From Bacillota bacterium (GTDB lineage: Bacteria > Bacillota > Clostridia > Oscillospirales > Oscillospiraceae), in contig JAEWRY010000028.1 of assembly GCA_023459875.1 (NCBI GenBank), positions 1 to 64,000 on the forward strand: a DNA stretch of 64,000 nt, in the 5' to 3' direction. Under the pieces are notes generated by a model. That model saw nothing but the letters and a program-made list of their open reading frames with translations. It was not told the origin of the DNA and ran no database searches. Below are positions 1 through 7,108 of the stretch, in pieces (position 1 is the first letter of the stretch; each line of letters begins with the position of its first letter). The position numbers and the translations under genes were made by a program.

Positions 1-165
1 CTCCGGGGGGGGGGGGGGGCGCTTTTTGGCTTCGCCGCGCCGCCCCAGCGCCGGGATAAGGGCCAGAACCGAAAGTACCGCCCGCCCCGGGTGTCCGCCG
101 GTGGCAAAAAGGAAGAAAAAAACCACAAGTCCCACGCAGACCAGATTCCAGAGGGCGAAGATCAT
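1..165 (-). CDS. Partial ORF running off the window start; small hydrophobic membrane protein (MIFALWNLVCVGLVVFFFLF...).
   Basis: ATG at 165 (minus), 3 codons after the stop of the upstream gene. Hydrophobic N-terminus. The 3' part crosses a 16-nt poly-G tract (5..20), giving a poly-Pro run, so the sequence there may be unreliable. Weak RBS. Confidence 0.25.
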   Translation of the reverse strand, partial: MIFALWNLVCVGLVVFFFLFATGGHPGRAVLSVLALIPALGRRGEAKKRPPPPPE

Positions 166-192
166 ATCGGAGTGGTCTGCTGCTTCCTTTTT

Positions 193-570
193 TAAAGAGA
201 GCTCCTTTTCCAGATACCGGCCGGCGGCGGGAGGAAGGCTCCGTCCGGCGCCAAGCAGGTTTCTCGCCGCCGCCAGGGTCCCGGGCACCGCCGGCTGGGA
301 CAGGGAATAGTTACGGCTCAGGGCGGCGGCGAGGCCCAGATAGCCCTCCGGGTCCTCGGGACGCAGGTCCCGCAGCTCCCGGTACAGACCCTCCGCCTCG
401 GTCCACCGCCTTGCCAGGAGAAAGGCGCGGCCCCGGGCGGACTTTTGTTCCCAGAGCAGATCGTCCTGGGGAAGGTATCCCCCCGCCGGAGCGCCGCAGC
501 GGGCGCATTCCAGGCGTCCGTTGCGGCGGCGCAGGACGGTGCTTCCGCAGGCTTGACAGGTGTAGGGCAT
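193..570 (-). CDS. Zn-ribbon (CxxC-x17-CxxC) N-terminus plus TPR-like helical protein, 125 aa (MPYTCQACGSTVLRRRNGRLECARCG...). NOT present in the supplied ORF track.
   Basis: Hand translation of the minus strand: ATG at 570 preceded by AAAGGAGGAAG (spacing 7), open to TAA at 193-195. Two CxxC pairs are seen directly. Sits immediately after the stop of the 600..1073 gene. Confidence 0.5.
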
Positions 571-599
571 AGAGCTTCCTCCTTTCTCCGGGAAAAAGT

Positions 600-1073
600 T
601 CAGGGACGGTGGGGGGCGCGGGGCGATTCGGGCTCCGTAAAGGGTCCGCGCCGGGTTTCGGCGGAATCGGGGCCTGATTTTTTGTCCGCAAAGGGGTTGG
701 TCCGGCAGTCAACGCGGGGTACGGGGCGCACCACGTGAAAGGCCGTCACCACCGCCAGAGCCATGGAAACAAGCAGGATTGCCGAGAGAAAAAGGGCGGT
801 GCGCACGGTGACGGCAAAGAGGGAAAGCCCCAGGCAGAGCAGTGCGGCAAAAAGACCGGCTCCCCAACCCACAGCCGCTGCGCTGAGGCCGCTTACCGCG
901 TCCCGGCGGGCGGCGGCGAAGAGGCAGACCGCAGAGGCGCCCAGTATAAAGAGATTGGAGGCTACCCACAGCAGACACTGGGCGGGGCCGGGAGCGCCGC
1001 CCAGCAGAAAAGCGAAAGTCAGATTCATGAGAATAAGAACAAGGGCGCAGAGGATGAATTTTACCGGCTTCAT
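600..1073 (-). CDS. Polytopic small membrane protein (about 4 TM), 157 aa.
   Basis: Internal ATG of ORF 600..1205 with AAAGGAGTG RBS (spacing 7) gives MKPVKFILCALVLILMNL... Four hydrophobic stretches. Begins 6 nt after the stop of the SPFH gene. Confidence 0.6.
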   Translation of the reverse strand: MKPVKFILCALVLILMNLTFAFLLGGAPGPAQCLLWVASNLFILGASAVCLFAAARRDAVSGLSAAAVGWGAGLFAALLCLGLSLFAVTVRTALFLSAILLVSMALAVVTAFHVVRPVPRVDCRTNPFADKKSGPDSAETRRGPFTEPESPRAPHRP

Positions 1074-1078
1074 GATTA

Positions 1079-2188
1079 TCACTCCTTTTTTGGTTCGCGT
1101 TTGGGCGGACAGGAAGGACCGGGGACCCGTGGAGGACCGCCCTTGGACGGTCCGGACGGACGGGTGGAATCGGAAGGCGGCTCCCAGTCGGAAGGACCTT
1201 CCCAATGGACGGGACTGCTCCGGGAAGAATATTCATAGGGAGGTTCGCTCCGGTCGGGGGGCGTGCTGTGATCTCCACCGCCGAAGAAGTCGCAGGCTTC
1301 CCGCTCCAGTTCCCGGGTCTGGGGGAGGAGGGAGCGGCTCATCTGCTGGCCGAAGCTGAACGCCATGGGAAAGGCGGCGATGCCCGCCGCCGCTCCGGCC
1401 GCCCCGCTGCGCGAGCTATTCAGGAGAGCCTCCGACACCACCCGGCGGGCCATGCTGCCGCCGTAGAGGGCGTTCAGCTCGTCGCGCATGTTTTCCAGTT
1501 CCGTCTTTTTGCGCATACGGCTCTCCCGCAACTCTTGCAGCAGTGAGATTTCCTCCGGGCGTGGTTTCAGGTCGGCCATGCGCAGATCGGAGAGAGCCAC
1601 CCCGTACCCGGCCAGGGCGGCGGCCAGATCGTTTCTTAAAAGAGCCGAAAGCTCTCCGGTGAGCAGGGAGAGCTCCGCCGCCTGCCTGCCCGCCAACGCG
1701 GCGGAGAGCCGTGACTGGGCGGTCTGGCGGATGACGCCGGAGAAATACTGCTCGAAGGTCTCGCTCTCCAGATTGTCCCAGCCGGACACCGTCTGGAGGA
1801 GCCGCCGGCCGTCGATGACGCGCAGGTAGAGCGACAGCTCGGCGCTCAGGTGGAAGAGATAGCCCCCGTCCATGGAGGAGAGCAGCTCGCCGGTGGAGGA
1901 CTGGACCAGGGACTCGGCATCCAGATTGACGAACCATACCTGGGCCTGCACCGGCAGCACCCCGCCCGTCATCATGGTCTGGAGCCGGCGGAAGAAGGGG
2001 CTTACGCCGGTGGTGAGGTTATAGCTTCCCGGCGGGTATTCTCCGCTCCAGGCGCCGTTCAGGAGAAAATAGGCCCGCCAGCCGGGCGGGACGAAGAGCC
2101 TGGTCCCGTCGGCAAAGGCGGTCACCGCGGCTCTGGAAACAAGCTTGCCCGCGCCAGGGGCGGGCTGAAGCACCGAAATGGGGATCAT
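1079..2188 (-). CDS. SPFH/band-7 (stomatin/flotillin-like) domain protein with a Pro/Ser-rich disordered C-terminal tail.
   Basis: ORF 1079..2218 trimmed to the ATG at 2188 (AGGAGG RBS, spacing 8). N-terminal domain resembles SPFH (Band_7_1, YqiK-like) proteins. C-terminal ~70 aa is low-complexity and P/S/E-rich. Confidence 0.65.
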   Translation of the reverse strand: MIPISVLQPAPGAGKLVSRAAVTAFADGTRLFVPPGWRAYFLLNGAWSGEYPPGSYNLTTGVSPFFRRLQTMMTGGVLPVQAQVWFVNLDAESLVQSSTGELLSSMDGGYLFHLSAELSLYLRVIDGRRLLQTVSGWDNLESETFEQYFSGVIRQTAQSRLSAALAGRQAAELSLLTGELSALLRNDLAAALAGYGVALSDLRMADLKPRPEEISLLQELRESRMRKKTELENMRDELNALYGGSMARRVVSEALLNSSRSGAAGAAAGIAAFPMAFSFGQQMSRSLLPQTRELEREACDFFGGGDHSTPPDRSEPPYEYSSRSSPVHWEGPSDWEPPSDSTRPSGPSKGGPPRVPGPSCPPKREPKKE

Positions 2189-2205
2189 TGTTTCGCGCCT
2201 CCTTT

Positions 2206-2250
2206 CTGATGATTTCATACTATCAAAAACCGTCTCTAGATTCTTCAGGG
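2206..2250 (-). promoter_or_regulatory. Promoter-motif copy C upstream of the SPFH/membrane/ZnR-TPR block.
   Basis: Minus strand reads CTGAAGA-atc-TAGAGA-cggtttttga-TAGTAT-gaa-ATCATCAG-aaaGGAGG. Overlaps the 3' end of the transglutaminase-like ORF. Confidence 0.5.
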
Positions 2251-2957
2251 TACCTGGGCGTGTGGTCCCTGGACATTTTCTCGGGAGTGAGGTTAAAGTA
2301 CCGGCGGCTGGAGAGGCCCATGAACCTTCGCAGCGGACCTGTCTGTCCCCCGTCCCAGGTCACGTCCACCATTCGCGGCTCCCCGCCGAGCTCCACCAGG
2401 TTCCAGGCGTGGCCCTCCCCTCCGGCGAAGCCCCTCACCACGGCGCAGGGGATGCCGCTCCGGCGGCAGAGCAGGGCGAAGGCCTTGCTGTAGCCCTCGC
2501 AGAGAGCCTCGCACTCCAACAGGGCGGCAGCCGCTGTGGCGGGATAGTAGCCGGCTCCGTCCCGGTAAGAGACATAGCCCGCCAGGGCGTCGTGCAAAAT
2601 GAGCTCGCGCTTCTCCGGGTTCGCTTCCCGCATGGCGAGCTTTGTGATGCGCTCCACCCGCCCCTCCAGCGCCCGGCCTACAGACGAGCGCCCGGACGGA
2701 GTAAAGAGGTAGTTGGGGATTAACCGGAAGGTGTTGGGGCCCTCCGCATGGCGGTAGCTGCACAGGTCGGCCCAGAAAAGCCCCGGGCAGTCGAAGCGCA
2801 GGGCCAGCATGGCGGCGTTCAGATCGCCGGCCCGCCCGGGGCCGCCGTCCGGGGGAAGGGGAATTTTTCCGCTCATGGAGAAAAGCCCGCCTCTGATGAG
2901 GCGGTAATAGAACTTGCCTCGAGGGGTGAGGCTGCCATAATAGAGACGCTCCAGCAT
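2223..2957 (-). CDS. Transglutaminase-like superfamily cysteine protease.
   Basis: Cys-His-Asp core visible: ...GIPCAVVRGFAGGEGHAWNLVEL...MVDVTWDG. AGGAGGA RBS, spacing 4. Confidence 0.7.
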   Translation of the reverse strand: MLERLYYGSLTPRGKFYYRLIRGGLFSMSGKIPLPPDGGPGRAGDLNAAMLALRFDCPGLFWADLCSYRHAEGPNTFRLIPNYLFTPSGRSSVGRALEGRVERITKLAMREANPEKRELILHDALAGYVSYRDGAGYYPATAAAALLECEALCEGYSKAFALLCRRSGIPCAVVRGFAGGEGHAWNLVELGGEPRMVDVTWDGGQTGPLRRFMGLSSRRYFNLTPEKMSRDHTPRYPEESRDGF

Positions 2958-2966
2958 AGCGTCCTC

Positions 2967-3695
2967 CTACTGCGTATCCCGGCGGAGGGTGAAGGTGCCC
3001 CGGCGGTGGCCCAGGGTCCACTCCCCGGCCCAGACCCGTTTTGACTTTTTCAGTTTCGGCAGGGCGCAGCGCCAGACGGAAGCCTCCTCCTGTCCTGGGC
3101 CGCACCAGGCCTTGATGACGCTTGTGTGGGGATTTGAGATGAGGGTGGTCCACGCGTTGTTCCGGCAGGCCCGGCTGTGGGCCAGCTGATCCGTCCCGCT
3201 CATGAAGACGCCCAGGTCTCCGGGGTGGGTGTGGGCCATGGAGGTAACCAGCCACGCGGGCCCATACTGGTCGCAGAAGGGATTGAGGGAGTGGGGATCG
3301 TCCCGATAGCGCAGTTGCTCCCGGTTGAGATCGGCAAGGCTCTCGGAGGCGCGGCTTGCCATGACCGAGGTGCGCTCGGGGCACTGGATACTCTGGAAGA
3401 AGCTCTGGACGTGATAATGATACTCCCCGTCCTCCAGCAGCAGCCCCAGGCCCCGCAGCCTCTGTTCGTCCCGGTTCATGGGGTGGATAAGGCCCCAGTG
3501 CAAAATGGCTGCGTACTCCTCCCAGCCTTGAGGTGTGAAGAGAATCACATGTTTACCCGATCCCTCCCCGAGACATTCCGGCTCCGCCCCCGGCCACCGA
3601 GTACGGATGAGGTCCATGAGGGCGGCGCCGCTATCAATGTGCTGGTAGAGGGGGGGAAGGGGGCCCCGCATGGGGAGACGTTTGTTCTTTTCCAT
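2967..3695 (-). CDS. JAB/MPN (JAMM)-like metallopeptidase, candidate deubiquitinase/Ubl-processing peptidase.
   Basis: Motif MAHTHPGDLGVFMSGTDQ is H-x-H-x8-S-x2-D, i.e. the JAMM Zn site with one extra residue in the spacer. AAGGAGGA RBS, spacing 6. Lies directly downstream of the E2-like gene. Confidence 0.55.
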   Translation of the reverse strand: MEKNKRLPMRGPLPPLYQHIDSGAALMDLIRTRWPGAEPECLGEGSGKHVILFTPQGWEEYAAILHWGLIHPMNRDEQRLRGLGLLLEDGEYHYHVQSFFQSIQCPERTSVMASRASESLADLNREQLRYRDDPHSLNPFCDQYGPAWLVTSMAHTHPGDLGVFMSGTDQLAHSRACRNNAWTTLISNPHTSVIKAWCGPGQEEASVWRCALPKLKKSKRVWAGEWTLGHRRGTFTLRRDTQ

Positions 3696-3707
3696 AGCCG
3701 GTCCTCC

Positions 3708-4295
3708 TTAATGAATCCGCCCGGGTACGCGCCCGGGAGCGCGTGCCGCCGCACGCATTCCGGTACTGCCGGGGCTTCTGGAAGAGCCCGCCTTGGGGAT
3801 AAGGGTGTAAATGAGGTGCGGCGGCAGCAGAGGCAGGGAGAAGCGGCGGCATACGGCGGGGTAGACCGCCTTGATTTTTTTGTTGGCCGCGTCATTGGGA
3901 TTTACGGCGGAGTCGTCCAGAATGCACTCCAAAAGCAGCTTGCGCAGCAGATCGGTGATGGAGGTATCGCTGTAAAAATTGCCGATACAGGCCTGGCCGC
4001 TCTCGAAAATGTTGGGGCTGAAGGGGCGGCGGCTCGGATCGGGGAAGGCGACCAGAGGCTTGCCGCCCAGAGGGAACCCGGTTGGGAGCCAAAACTCCAG
4101 GTACGCCCCCTTGGACATGCGCACCCCCGCGGGGTCCTCGGGGCTTCCTACTAGAATGGGGATGCCCGCCTCCACGGAGATATGGTCGCCGCTTATCATC
4201 TTGACGCGCAGCGCTCCGCCCGCGCGCCCGTCCAGAGCCAGTAAAGCGTCCGTCTGGCGCTTTTTCGCAGCGAGATTGGCTTCAAATTCCGTCAT
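3708..4295 (-). CDS. UBC-fold E2-like ubiquitin-conjugating enzyme homolog (BilB/bacterial-E2-like).
   Basis: Active-site signature FSPNIFESGQACIGNFY matches the UBC HPN-x(5-7)-G-x-IC-L pattern, with SPN in place of HPN and a catalytic Cys. Its ATG overlaps the E1 stop (ATGA). AAGGAG RBS, spacing 7. Confidence 0.6.
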   Translation of the reverse strand: MTEFEANLAAKKRQTDALLALDGRAGGALRVKMISGDHISVEAGIPILVGSPEDPAGVRMSKGAYLEFWLPTGFPLGGKPLVAFPDPSRRPFSPNIFESGQACIGNFYSDTSITDLLRKLLLECILDDSAVNPNDAANKKIKAVYPAVCRRFSLPLLPPHLIYTLIPKAGSSRSPGSTGMRAAARAPGRVPGRIH

Positions 4296-5521
4296 GATAA
4301 CCACTCCTTATCATCGCCCGAGTGCAGTTCGGACTCGTCGTTTGCGCAGCAGAAGCAGGTGAGGCCCCGTTCGTTCTCAGCGTAGAGGAAGTCCCCAACT
4401 CCGAAGCCCAGCCGGAAGAGGGAGAGGTTCAGAAGCTTGGGGTCTGATGATGTCGTGAGGAAGGCGCACAGCTCGGGCAGGGGCAGCTCCAGGCGTTCCA
4501 GCCTGGCGGGGGAGCCAGACGAAGCACAGGCGCGGCAGAGAAGGTTTTTTTCCACTACCCGGCGGGCGGGGGCCATCGGTTCGAGGGGAGCCCCGCAGGC
4601 ACGGCAATAATCCCGAAGCAGAAAGGGGGAGCCGGGCGGCAGATGGAGGCGTGTGGGACCCATTTTGCGCTCGATGCGCGAGAGCGCTTCGCCCGCTGTG
4701 AGAGAAAAGACCGAGGAGCCTTCCAGCGTCAGCAGCTTCACCGGGGGCGTGAGGGGGCAGGCCTTGCAGTCCCGGGTCTTGGTGAGGGGGGCGCTGCGAA
4801 ACTCCAGGGTCCGGCCGCTGAGCCAAAAGCGGCGGTTGAGGCACCAGCGCTCTCCGCGCAGGTCAGCCAGCAGCAGGTAAATTCCCGCCGTCACCGACGC
4901 CGTCCCCGCCAGCACGCTGGTCTGAACCTGAAGGGAGGAAGTATCCGTTCCGTAAGAAACCCCGCAGCGGCGGCGGTGTTCGGCGTCTTCACCCTCCAAC
5001 TCGCCCAGGTAACATTCAAGGCAGGAGTCCTCCCCGTCCAGCAGGGCGGCGGAGGAGAGCTCTTCCATGGTGCCCAGGAGAATAAGGCGGGGCCGCCGGC
5101 GGCCCGGCAGGAGCGGTATCTGCTTCCACAGGCGGTTTATCCAGAGCTTGGCGGCGTAGTTGTCCACGCCCACGAAGAGGTAGTCGAACCCCGCCAGGGC
5201 GGAGGGACCCAGGTCCTGCACCAGACCCCTGATGCCGGTGACCTCTCCGGAGGGCATCAGTTCCCGGAGCCTCCGGGCGGCTGCGGGGGCCTTATAGTCC
5301 CCCACGTCGGCGCCGGTGTAGAGGGCGGATTTGGCCAGGTTGCGGGCCTCCAGGCGGTCGGGGTCGATGAGGGTGAGGTGCTCCGCGCCCGACTGAACCA
5401 GCAGGGAGCACAGCAGGGAGCCAAGGGAGCCCGCCCCCACCGACAGAATGCGCAGGGCGCGCATCTCCTCCAGGGGCACTGAGAGCTTTGCGGGGTCGAG
5501 AATCATTTTTTGGCTCTTCAT
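4292..5521 (-). CDS. E1-like ThiF/MoeB-family adenylyltransferase with an extra Cys-rich (multi-CxxC) C-terminal domain.
   Basis: Rossmann GxGxxG: RILSVGAGSLGSLLCSLLVQSGAEHLTLIDPDRLEARNLAKSALY. C-terminal ~200 aa carries CLEC, CKAC, CRAC, CRAC and CFCC pairs. GAGGAGG RBS, spacing 7. Confidence 0.85.
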   Translation of the reverse strand: MKSQKMILDPAKLSVPLEEMRALRILSVGAGSLGSLLCSLLVQSGAEHLTLIDPDRLEARNLAKSALYTGADVGDYKAPAAARRLRELMPSGEVTGIRGLVQDLGPSALAGFDYLFVGVDNYAAKLWINRLWKQIPLLPGRRRPRLILLGTMEELSSAALLDGEDSCLECYLGELEGEDAEHRRRCGVSYGTDTSSLQVQTSVLAGTASVTAGIYLLLADLRGERWCLNRRFWLSGRTLEFRSAPLTKTRDCKACPLTPPVKLLTLEGSSVFSLTAGEALSRIERKMGPTRLHLPPGSPFLLRDYCRACGAPLEPMAPARRVVEKNLLCRACASSGSPARLERLELPLPELCAFLTTSSDPKLLNLSLFRLGFGVGDFLYAENERGLTCFCCANDESELHSGDDKEWLS

Positions 5522-5533
5522 AAAGCCGCCTCC

Positions 5534-5917
5534 TCAATGGATTTTCACATGGGGATGAAACCGGTACTGGCAGCGGGTGCAGAAGTACTCTCCCCCGCCA
5601 GCCCTGCGGATCACGCGGCGGTTTTGCGCGGTGTTGCGGCAGCCCAGAACCGGGCAGACGGGAAACCGCAGCTCGGGCGGCAGCGCGGCCCCGGAAACGG
5701 GCAGGCGGGTGGGTAAGGCGCGCGCGCTCGGGCAAGGGGAGGTGGGGACTGCGGTACTGCGGGTCACGGCCGGGGAAGCGTGTCCCGAAGCGGGATGGGG
5801 CGAGCGGGGCGGGTGGTCGGGGCGTCTTCCGCGCCCGAACCGTTTTCGCAGGAAACCCAGGAGCGCGGCGGCCGCCGTGCCCGCGCAGAAGACGCATATC
5901 AGCAGGTGCCACGCCAT
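5534..5917 (-). CDS. Small protein: N-terminal TM helix, Pro/Ser-rich linker, C-terminal zinc ribbon (CPVLGC...CTRC).
   Basis: Strong RBS AGAGGAGGAG, spacing 6. Hydrophobic N-terminus MAWHLLICVFCAGTAAAALLGFL and two CxxC pairs at the C-terminus. Sits between the Ubl candidate and the E1. Confidence 0.5.
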   Translation of the reverse strand: MAWHLLICVFCAGTAAAALLGFLRKRFGRGRRPDHPPRSPHPASGHASPAVTRSTAVPTSPCPSARALPTRLPVSGAALPPELRFPVCPVLGCRNTAQNRRVIRRAGGGEYFCTRCQYRFHPHVKIH

Positions 5918-5935
5918 GGAAGCTCCTCCTCTTTT

Positions 5936-6337
5936 TTAGCTGACCGCACCCGCGCCGGTGTCGTTGTCAATGAGCAGCCGGTCGCCCTTTTGTATGCCCA
6001 TGTCCTCCACGGTGACGTTCAGGGCGCTTTTTACCGACAGAGGCTTCTCCCCGCGCACCACGCAGCAGGTGAACTTCTCCTTGGCCCGATTCCCGGCGAG
6101 TTCCTCCTCGGTGATGAGACCCAGGTTGCGGAGAATCTGACCGAAGGTGTTTTCGGGGTAAACGTAGTAAGGCTCCTCCACCGCGCTGCCTTCCACCGAA
6201 AACTGCACGCTGATGTGGATGGCGTCCGGGTCCTCCCGGGAAAGGGACGCGCTATCTTCCCCGGCGGCTGTGTAGGCCTTCGTATCCTCCGGGGTCATGA
6301 TGCTGGAAAGCTCGTCGTTGTAATCACTGGTTTTCAT
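5936..6337 (-). CDS. Candidate ubiquitin-like (beta-grasp) protein with an acidic N-terminal extension; 133 aa.
   Basis: First gene after promoter copy B. AAGGAGG RBS, spacing 8. A ~90-aa C-terminal region alternates hydrophobic strands (HISVQFSV..., ...IQKGDRLLI) and ends ...DNDTGAGAVS, Gly-containing but not GG-terminal. Position directly upstream of E1/E2/JAB. The fold is inferred, not demonstrated. Confidence 0.4.
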   Translation of the reverse strand: MKTSDYNDELSSIMTPEDTKAYTAAGEDSASLSREDPDAIHISVQFSVEGSAVEEPYYVYPENTFGQILRNLGLITEEELAGNRAKEKFTCCVVRGEKPLSVKSALNVTVEDMGIQKGDRLLIDNDTGAGAVS

Positions 6338-6372
6338 CGCAATAACCTCCTTTTTTTGTGGGGTGTTGTTCC

Positions 6373-6418
6373 CCTGATGATGAGAGTATACCGCCGCGCA
6401 TCTCTAAGTTCTTCAAGG
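6373..6418 (-). promoter_or_regulatory. Promoter-motif copy B upstream of the Ubl/ZnR/E1/E2/JAB/TGase block.
   Basis: Minus strand reads TTGAAGA-act-TAGAGA-tgcgcggcgg-TATACT-ctc-ATCATCAGG. Lies in the 95-nt gap between the phosphatase stop and the Ubl RBS. Confidence 0.55.
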
Positions 6419-6432
6419 CCCCGCGGCGGTGC

Positions 6433-7086
6433 TCACGCGTAAAACTCCGCCATGTCCTCCAGACGCAGGCAGGCCAGGCGGCGGCCGGGAAGCTCCAGAT
6501 GTCCGCAGCCGCAGTCGATGCCCACGGCCCCCGCGCCCCGCCAGACGCGCCAGTGACCGTCCAAAAGCCGCGGGGAGTAGAGCCAGGTGGGCGTGTGGCC
6601 GAAGATAACCGCCTCCTGTCCCGTAAGGCGGCAGCCAGCGTCCGCCTCAAAGCGTCCCCAGAGCCGCAGATAGGGGTCATCCGAGGGCATCCCGTGCACC
6701 AGATGAAACGTTTTATCCCCCACCCTCAGATGAAGCGCATCGGGCAGCGCCCCAAGATGCGCGAGCAGCTCTTTCCTCTTTCCGGGCGGCAGGGTCAGAA
6801 ACCGGCACAGGGTCTGCTCGCCGCCGTTATTGGCCCACTTGGTGAGGGCCGTGGCGGGGTAGCCAGGCATCAGCGCCTCCAGCATCATCTGCTCGTGGTT
6901 TCCCCGGAGCAGAACAGCGCCGGACAGGGCAAGCACGTCCTGCAAAAGCTCGATGGATTCCGGCCCACGGTCGATCACGTCGCCGAGGATATAAAGCCGG
7001 TCGCGGGTCCCAAAGCTTACCGCCTCCAAAACGGCGTGAAACCGGTCCCGCTCTCCGTGGGGGTCCGAAAGGCAATAGGTGCTCAT
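6433..7086 (-). CDS. PPP-family (PP2A/ApaH-like) Ser/Thr metallophosphatase.
   Basis: Calcineurin-like motifs DPHGE...GDVIDRG...GNHE. GGGAAGGA RBS, spacing 5. Confidence 0.85.
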   Translation of the reverse strand: MSTYCLSDPHGERDRFHAVLEAVSFGTRDRLYILGDVIDRGPESIELLQDVLALSGAVLLRGNHEQMMLEALMPGYPATALTKWANNGGEQTLCRFLTLPPGKRKELLAHLGALPDALHLRVGDKTFHLVHGMPSDDPYLRLWGRFEADAGCRLTGQEAVIFGHTPTWLYSPRLLDGHWRVWRGAGAVGIDCGCGHLELPGRRLACLRLEDMAEFYA

Positions 7087-7108
7087 AACAGTCCTTCCCG
7101 CGCCCGGC

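Noticed and set aside
5-20. 16-nt poly-G homopolymer at the very start of the window.
   Set aside because: Most likely a contig-end or sequencing artefact, or a simple homopolymer. It only affects the tail of a partial ORF. No evidence of phase-variation context such as a promoter or early ORF position.
5780-6442. Many long ORFs on the opposite strand of confirmed genes (e.g. 5780..6442 +, 9263..10627 +, 3177..4154 +, 20985.. -, 21280..22182 -, 23438..24367 -).
   Set aside because: These are high-GC shadow ORFs antisense to genes with clear homology and RBSs. They lack RBSs and recognisable domains.
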